A stretch of DNA of 59,846 bases, the filler included, from Malassezia furfur (Eukaryota), in NCBI GenBank assembly GCA_052055015.1. It is 4 parts of 4 records of this genome, joined end to end, with 100 filler letters (N's around TTAATTAATTAA, not from the genome) between each part and the next. Parts side by side here need not be neighbours in the genome. Positions count along the whole stretch, not along the records: positions 45,112 to 59,846 come from JBQJIT010000283.1; 3 more parts are not named here. One strand, 5' to 3'. The notes beneath the pieces were generated by a model. It did no database searches and was not told where the DNA came from. It saw only the letters and a list, made by a program, of their open reading frames with translations. The position numbers were made by a program, and so were the translations under genes. Shown here one piece after another: positions 52,641 to 59,846 of this stretch. Numbering within the stretch: the first letter of the stretch is position 1; the number at the start of each line of letters is the position of its first letter.

Positions 52641-55555
52641 CTACGTAGGGTTCTTTTGAGCATACGCATCCCAAATCGCAAGCAGCTGCGCACCGACGTT
52701 CGGCTCGAGCTCAGTGCCGTCGCGCGACACCTTCACCAGGCGGTTGTCGCGCCAGGGGTTCCGCAGCGCTTGGATCTCATGGAAAGGCAGCGGCTTGGTG
52801 TTTTTCCAGCGGATGTAAAAGGGACGCCCAAGCTGCGACGTGGAATCGTGTATGGTTTCCGGGGCGCTGCTAGACAAGGGACCAGGCTGGGAGGGCGAAA
52901 TTGTTGAACCGCTCTCGGGCGATGGCACCGGTCGCCCTGATGGAGGGGTCGAGGGGGCATCACGCACGCCTGTCAACGTATCTTTCTTTGCATGCGCCGG
53001 CTCACCTTCATCCAATGTATCGAGTTGGCGATTGTGGTGCTGGGCACTTGCGGCCAGTTCCTCAAGCCCATCGTGTTCCCGCGTCGCCGACCCGGCAGTG
53101 GCCGACGCCGAGGACATCGTAGAGGACACCACCGAATTCTCCTTGTCCATGGCAGACGCCTCACCCTCTTCGTGCTGAGACGAATGCGCCGATTCGGCAG
53201 ACACATCGGCCTTGTCAAGCTCGTCGCTGCCCATCTGCGCAAGCGCCTCGGCGTGGGGCATCGCACCGCCAATGCGACTCGACATGGTCGCATACCCAAA
53301 GAATTGGCCACTGAAGTTTTCGCTAAACAGCAGCGTGACAACCGCCGAGTTGCGGAACGCCTGGTCCAGCACACCTTCGTTGTGTGGCTGCGTGCTCCAA
53401 ACGTTCGTCCGCAAAGCTGTCACGAGCGCCTCGGCATTGCGCGACTTGAGGATAAAGTAGCGGTGGCCAAACAATGGCTGGCGCAGCAACGACGAGTTGG
53501 TCGACGCAAACGAGCGCGAGTCGCTGTCGTTCGTACTGTCGCGCACATCGCCGCCCGCACGCGCATCGGACGAGTCGTCTGCGTCGAGCTGCTCACGCAA
53601 CCGCTCACGTAGCAGTTCGCGTTGTTGGCGGTACCAGTTAGTATGCACACCCTTTCCACGCTGCGCAGCAACGCCCGCATACTCGGCGTCTTCCAACCGC
53701 CGCGGGCGGCAAACAAGACGCGGGCATCCCTGGCGCGCACGCAGCGGTTTTCCATGGAAGAAGGCGCACGCACGCTCCAGACTCACTTCTGACACGTAGT
53801 TGACAAACGCACAGTTTGAGCGCGACATGATAAAGATGGACAGGATGCCTGGAGTCTGGCTCGATACGTCCTCGGTAGCACCCGCATTCGGAGACGCACA
53901 CGGTGAACTCGGTGCGCCTTGAGGCGGCTCATGCGATGACACGTCACTCGATGGATCAGGCAATGCATTGTCGTGCGGCACGACAAATTCGGCAGGGATC
54001 TGCTCGAAGAACTGCCAGAGTTCCTCCAGCGTTGCGTCCGACGGCACATTGCCACACCACATCACAAAGTTGGAGCGCTTGACCTGCGCCTGCTCATCCG
54101 ACATGGATCTCTTTGGTGCAGAAGCGGCTTCGTCCTTGGCAGCCGACGAGGCATCGGTTCCTGCTGGTGCCGCAGCAGCGGTCGCTGCCGGGTCGCTGGC
54201 ACCGTGGGTCGGCCCAGTCCGCACAGCAGCCGGTTCCTGCGCAGACGCTGCGGCGCCTGCTGCAGTAGACGCCGCAGCAGGTACTGCAGAGGGCACTGCG
54301 ACCGACGCAGACGCCGGAACCGCCGCCGGAGCCATCTCTTCCCGCGCAGGAGGGGCGCCGCTGGTCGGCGAAGCCGTGCAAGGTGCCATGGACAAGTCAA
54401 CCAATGTGTCTTCGCCCCCCGATTCGCCCGTCGTGGATGTGCGCGTTGCTCCACTGTCGCGCCGGTTAGTCGAACGGCGACTGCGAACCGAGTTGGTCGT
54501 GGTCGATGAATGGCGGTGGCGCGTGACGTCGGACGACGTCGAGGTACTCTGCGATGAACTTGGAGCAAACTCAGGCGCCATGTGCGCATACTGGCCCATC
54601 ATTGGTGGCGGTGCCATCATGTTTGGTGCATAGCCATAGTAAGGAGTGCCACCAGGCTCAGTGTAGGCATAGTGGGTGTACGCGGGTGGTTGCAGCATGT
54701 TGGAGCCGTATCCACCAGGGTACCCAAGGTATACTGGCTTGGCATGCGAATGCGTATCATACATGGCAGGGTACATAGGCGCAGGTGCCGGCATCGCGTT
54801 TGGCGGAGGCACCGCATACCCTGTGTCATGTGCCAAACCATTGCCTACGCCGGGAGGCATGCCAGGGGGCACGCCAGGGGGGCAAGGGTAGGGACCCATT
54901 CCTGGGTAAACGTAAGGACGCTGGTATAATGGCACCGGGTACGGCATTGTCATCGGTACGGGATGAGGATGCGGAACTGCTCCCTCGGGGGCACCAGTGG
55001 GCGGCTCAGCGCCTTCGTCACGCGCGCATGACGCAGGATCGGGCGCATAGGGCGTCGCATACATCATCGAGCCATCTGGCATGATGTATCCATAGTAGTA
55101 GTAGCGCATCATCGAAGCCTGGTCGCCGCCTTGCGTTTGTGGCATATAATGCTTCGCAGCAGGGTTCAACGGAGCGGGCGGATGGTTATGGTACATGGTT
55201 GCCCCGCCCTTCGTATTGGAAACGAATGATTGACTGGTCGTGCTGGATACCTCCTCAGTGTTTGTGTCTTGTGCTGACTCTGCCGTCGACTTCGACTCGG
55301 CGGATGCCGTTGGTGTGCATGTTGAATAAGTAGTGCGTATAGTATCTTGCGCAGAGTGTGCCGGCTTGTCTGAATTTTTGTCCGTATCTTGGTTGCGTAC
55401 GGCAGTGGTGTTCTCATCTGCATACGTTAGAATCGACTTGGAAAAGGGTTGGACCACGCACCTGCAAGAACAGTCGGAGAAACAGCACGCGTGTATTGTG
55501 CTGCATCACCTTTGTTGACATCAGACTCAGATCTCACTTCACTCCCTTTAGGCAT
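52641..55555 (-). CDS. RNA-binding protein with Y/P-rich region, RRM and YTH domain
   Basis: RRM (VMWCGNVP...SNCAFVNY), YTH (RYFILKS...VWSTQPHNE...FFGYATM...PFYIRW...NPWRDNRLVKVSRDGTELEP). Start at 55555 is inferred via 44-nt intron 55418-55461. Confidence 0.85.
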
Positions 55556-56131
55556 ACGTCGGAAGACGCGCTTTCAAGGAGCAACACCTCTTCTGAGGCA
55601 CAGAAGCCCGTCACTGATGGAAGCGGATCAAGCGACCAGGACTATTCGGTTGCACGCACAGTCCACGTAACGCGTTGGCCAACTTTCCAGCTTCACTTCG
55701 TCTTGTAGCCGCGGGTCCCTCCTCCAACAACAATCGCCAAACCCTTCTTCCCCAAAGACCGTTAGGCCGAGTCGATACTTGAAGCGTTTGAGCCACACGA
55801 ACTTGACAGATATCCCGGGGAGAACCCCGACGCGCCCAAAATATGCGGAACTCGACGAGTTTCGCACTTGAGATTTAAGTCTCACGTGAGATCTTTTCTA
55901 CTGCGCGTTACGTTCGGGTCCTGATTGGATCGTGAACGAAACAATCTCGCCCACTAGGCTTATCCCCGGCTGATATGGCCGTAAATGTTGCCGATGACAA
56001 GCGACTTTGGACCAACACATGAGCTCCTTTAATACACTTGCCGAATCCACGTCCGATCCGGATCCGGATCGGGAGACCATCGGCGCAAGCTGTCGCGTGA
56101 ATCATAAGGGATATTAATTCAGAAAAAAAGA

Positions 56132-56225
56132 AGGTCCACGCGGGGCTCGAACCCGCAACCCTCAGCTCGCCTCTATTTTCGTCCGAAAGTAGAAGGCTGA
56201 TACGCTACCATTGCGCCAGTAGACC
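56132..56225 (-). tRNA. tRNA-Arg(UCU) with a 22-nt intron
   Basis: Acceptor GGTCTAC/GTGGACC, A-box TGGCGCAATGG, anticodon stem TCAGC/GCTGA around CTTCTA, B-box GGTTCGAGCC, downstream T-run. Confidence 0.92.
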
Positions 56226-56320
56226 CAAGTATCGCCGTTTCGTGTGCTTTTTGCGTCTATAACCGGAGTAGTTGCTATTTCTGGTCCACCGCTTCCGTCT
56301 CCACGGCTGCGTCGCCTGAG

Positions 56321-57269
56321 ATGGTGTCTGCAGCAGAACACGCACAGGTGCTTGCCGAGGAGCTCGAAGTACTTGAGAGTATCTATACCGACGAATTGGA
56401 GAGTGCGTGTGGAAGCATGTGACTAACGCCACAGAGGTTACACCAGAGCAGCTCCGCATCCGGATCGTCCCCGAAGACTACGAAGAGGGAAAAGTTTGTA
56501 CGTGTACACACTCCGCTTCCGTGCTAACCAGATCCGGTACTCAGCCTTGAAGTGAGGTACACCCCAGATTACCCAGATGCCGTGCCGGAAATAGCGGTGC
56601 GCGTCATCGAGGACACGAATGGGGCACTCGGCGCGGCGCCGAGTGAAGAAGATGCCGAGGCATCTACGGACGCGGACGCCTCGGCGCCGCTCGTGAGCGA
56701 TGCACGTGCAGGCATACAGCAGCTGCGCGCCGAGCTCGATCAAGTGGTACGTGCGCGGTCGCATCGCAATCTAATGCCAGGCGGAAGATTCGCTCGGGAT
56801 GCCCATGGTCTTTACGCTCGCGTCGCACCTGCGCGAGTCGCTCACGACCTACCTGCAGAACGAGGCCAAGGCGGCCGAGGAGCGCGCGAGTCGGCAGCGC
56901 GATGCCGAGATCGCCGCCGAGGAGGAGAAATTCCGCGGCACGGCCGTCACTGCCGAGCGGTTCCTGGCGTGGCGCGTGCGCTTTATGCAGGAGCAGCAGG
57001 CGCGGCGCGACAAGGCCGAGGCGGAGAAGATGGCGGCGATGTCGAACAAGGAGCGCGAGGAGTACAAGCGCTACAAACAAAAGCCCACGGGGCGCGAGCT
57101 CTTTTCCAAGCAGGGCGCGGTCGAGGAGGAGAAGGACGCCGACGACTCGGTCAAGGAGGTCGACTGGAGCTTGTACGACCGCGCGGCCCGGGAGCAGCAG
57201 GCGCGCGACACGCTTGCCGACGAGGAGGAACAAGAGGGGCTCGTGCCGAACGATTCCGACGAGGAGTAG
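56321..57269 (+). CDS. GIR2: RWD-domain protein GIR2/RWDD1, 4 exons
   Basis: EELEVLESIY, YPDAVP (RWD motif), DSLGMPMVFTL, KFRGTAVTAERFLAW, KPTGRELF; introns 56403-56434, 56498-56531, 56747-56780. Confidence 0.9.
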
Positions 57270-57272
57270 TCG

Positions 57273-58625
57273 CTATACCCGGGCATGTCCCTCTTGGGCC
57301 GTCTGCAGCGCGGCGTGTGCGTCAGAGAGGTACGCAAGCGCCGCGCCAATGCGGCGGTCGCGGCCCTGGCGCAGCGCCGCGTCCGCATCTGCGACCGGCG
57401 CGTCGTCGGCCTCGGGCGCGTCCGCTGCGGGCGCCGCCTCGTTCGGCGCCTCGTCCCCTGCCGGCTCGTCCGGCGGCCCAAAGTGCACCGCGTGTGCCAT
57501 CTGGTCTAGGAAACACGTAGAGGGCAAGCGGTGCTGCAGAATCATCTGTGCGACCATCGCCTCGCACGCCGGCTCCGGCAGGCCGACGAGCGCCGCGAGA
57601 CTGTCGAGCGTGATGGTGTCGTAGACGCACGACGCCGCATCGATGTTGTGCTCCACCATCGCGGCGTCGAGCAGGCGCAGCTCGCTGCCCGGCGCGCGCG
57701 CAAGCTGGTGTGGCGCGAGGTGCGCGGCAATGTGCGCCACGAGCGGCGCACGTACGAGGCGCCGCCCCGCGACCTGCTGCAGCGCTGCGCCGAGCGGCAG
57801 TGCCGGCGTGCGTGGGTCGCGCTGCAGCTGTGCGAGGAGGCGGCTGCGCTGTGCGCTGATCGGCGCAAGCAGGGCCGCGGCGACCGCCTTGCCGAGCAGC
57901 GTGGTCTGCTGCGCGTCGTCGAGCGCCGGTGTGGTGCTCAGCTCGTAGAAGCGGAGCGCTGCGTCGGTGAAGCGCAGCTGCCGGTCGTACAGCTCCGCCT
58001 GGCTCGGGCGGAACGCGAGGAGCACGGGCGCAAGCGCCTCTTGCTCGCTGCTACGTTGCACCGAGTGTGCGAGCGCGCTGGCGCGCTTGTGGTACAGGTC
58101 GGCATCCGCCAGGGCGTCGCACTGCAGGCACAGCCGCAGCAGGCGCACGTTCAGCTCGAACGCGTGCGCGTCCGAGCGGCTGCGGCGCCCCGCATCGGTC
58201 GTGCTGTCCTGCAGCACGCGCATCGCGTCCGCCCACCGGTGCTGCGCCTCGAGCACGTCGGCGGCCAGGATGCGCACGTCGGTGAGCTCGTCGTCGAGCG
58301 CGACGGTCTGCTCGCCCGTGGATGCGAGGATGTGCTCGAGCACCGCGAGGTACACGTCGTCGTCCGTGCTGCCTGGCGCGCGCAAGTGTGCGTCCCGCAC
58401 ACGTGTGCACAGCGCCGCGAGGCTGCGGCGCGCGACGATCAGCCCCGCACCGACGAGGTTGGCGCGGTCGAGGACGGCGGCGTTGACGTACGCCGTGAGC
58501 GCGGCACGCAGCTCGTCGCCATGCAGGCGCAGTGCATCGTCGAGGATGCGTTCGTACGCGTCGCCGCGCTCGTTGACCGCCGCGATCTGCGCGGCGTCCG
58601 CGAGGCGCGCGTCCAGCGTCGTCAT
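57273..58625 (-). CDS. CSN4: COP9 signalosome subunit 4
   Basis: W..A.RVL, VRLLRLCL, LYDRQLRFTDAALRFYELS, LLAPISAQRSRLLAQL.RD.R, LAPHQLA, AMVEHNI.AASCVY.TITL..L..L (PCI domain). Confidence 0.85.
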   Translation of the reverse strand: MTTLDARLADAAQIAAVNERGDAYERILDDALRLHGDELRAALTAYVNAAVLDRANLVGAGLIVARRSLAALCTRVRDAHLRAPGSTDDDVYLAVLEHILASTGEQTVALDDELTDVRILAADVLEAQHRWADAMRVLQDSTTDAGRRSRSDAHAFELNVRLLRLCLQCDALADADLYHKRASALAHSVQRSSEQEALAPVLLAFRPSQAELYDRQLRFTDAALRFYELSTTPALDDAQQTTLLGKAVAAALLAPISAQRSRLLAQLQRDPRTPALPLGAALQQVAGRRLVRAPLVAHIAAHLAPHQLARAPGSELRLLDAAMVEHNIDAASCVYDTITLDSLAALVGLPEPACEAMVAQMILQHRLPSTCFLDQMAHAVHFGPPDEPAGDEAPNEAAPAADAPEADDAPVADADAALRQGRDRRIGAALAYLSDAHAALQTAQEGHARV

Positions 58626-58662
58626 TGCGTCGAAGCCCACCCCACCTCCACTTCGGCCGACG

Positions 58663-59846
58663 ATGCGCTGGGACGACGCGGCGGGGCTCGGCGAGGGCGC
58701 CGCGCTGCGGGGTATGTGTGCGAGACTGACGCAGGCTGGCCGCTCGTACACCGTCTTATGTATGTGGCGCAGCACGCGCCCGAGGCACAGCAGGACGCGG
58801 CGCTGCGGGCCGCGCGTGTGCTGCAGGAGCAGACGGCGGCCGTCGACGCCTACCGTGCGGCGATGGCGCTGGCCGACGCGCCGGTCGACGAGGCATGGAT
58901 CGACGCGACGCACACACAAACCGCGCAGGACCGCGAAAAGCTCGTGGGCGAGCTGCGCATGTACCAAAACAACGTGATCCACGAGAGCATCCGCATGGCA
59001 CACCAGGACCTCGGCGACCACTTCCGGCACACGGGCGAGCTCGACGAGGCGCTCGCACACTACGAAAAGATGCGCGAGTACTGCACCACCAACGAGCATG
59101 CGCTCGAGATGTACATGCGCGCAATGCAGGTCGCGTGGGATCTACAGCAGTATGCTACGGTGCTCGCCTACGCCGACAAGGCCGACGCAGTGCTGGCGAC
59201 GCTCGCCGACGTCCACGTCGCGCTGCCCGGCCAGACGGAGGTGTGGCGCGCCGCGCTCGCGCAGGGCAACACGGGCACGAATGCGATCCGCGCACTCTTC
59301 CACACCGGTAGCCAGACGGGCGGCAACGTGTCAGAGCGCCCGCCCGCCGCACCGTCGACCGGCTTCCAGTCGGCGCGCGACGCATGGCAGGGCGCAAGCA
59401 CGTCGCATGCCGACTTTGTCGCGCGCGTCCACGCGTTCCGTACGCTGGCGCAGTGGGCGCAGGCCGACAAACGCGCGCCGCTGCCGGACGTCGACCTCGA
59501 CGCCGCACACGCCGACGCGTACGCCGACGTGGTGCCCGTATCGCAGCTCGCATGGTACGCGGTGCTGGCGGCGCTCAGGGCGCCGCCGCACTCGCAGCGC
59601 GCGCGTGCCGAAGCGCTCGCGGCGAGCGCTGCGTTCCGCGCAGCCGCCGAGGCTGAGCCCGCGCCGCGCGACGTGCTCGTAGCGTACCTCGCGTCCGACT
59701 TTGCCAAGACGCGCGAGCTCGTTGCGCGGCACGCGCCGGCGCTGCGTCTCGACCCGGTGATTGGCGACGCGGCGCCGGCGCTGCTCGACGCGCTCGAGGC
59801 GCGCCTCCTGGCGCGCTACCTCACCGCGTTCCGGCGCACGACGCTC
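58663..59846 (+). CDS. CSN1: COP9 signalosome subunit 1 (GPS1-like; 3' end outside the window)
   Basis: After 23-nt intron 58712-58734: ...DEAWIDAT...DREKLVGELRMYQNNVIHESIRMAHQDLGDHFRHTGELDEALAHYEKMREYCTTNEH, the CSN1 N-terminal signature. Not in the ORF track. Confidence 0.82.

Noticed and set aside
50018..52648. 876-aa ORF antisense to Hsp70
   Set aside because: Known shadow ORF opposite GC-rich Hsp70 genes, often mis-annotated as NAD-specific glutamate dehydrogenase; explained by codon bias.

Overview
Eukaryotic (fungal) DNA: very gene-dense, GC-rich, with tiny spliceosomal introns and housekeeping genes of basidiomycete type. The organism is most consistent with a Malassezia species (inferred from gene content, compaction and intron size). 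The window is four separate contigs of about 15 kb joined by artificial N44-TTAATTAATTAA-N44 linkers (15008-15107, 30110-30209, 45012-45111), so adjacency across the gaps means nothing. I reconstructed about 38 protein-coding genes by hand, many split by 21-44 nt introns that the ORF track misses, plus two intron-containing tRNAs. There are no mobile elements or CRISPR arrays. The main observations are: (1) about 35 introns with a median near 25 nt and micro-exons down to 5 nt; (2) an operon-like co-directional triplet NSRP1-PPTase-RMND1 with 16 and 19 nt spacers; (3) two COP9 signalosome subunits (CSN4 and CSN1) head-to-head 37 bp apart; (4) a CACGTG box in most of the short promoter regions; (5) a tandem triplet of carboxypeptidase S paralogs with diverging promoters; (6) an RRM+YTH protein whose YTH domain carries a long insertion and appears to lack the second m6A-cage Trp; (7) a frameshifted aldo-keto reductase.
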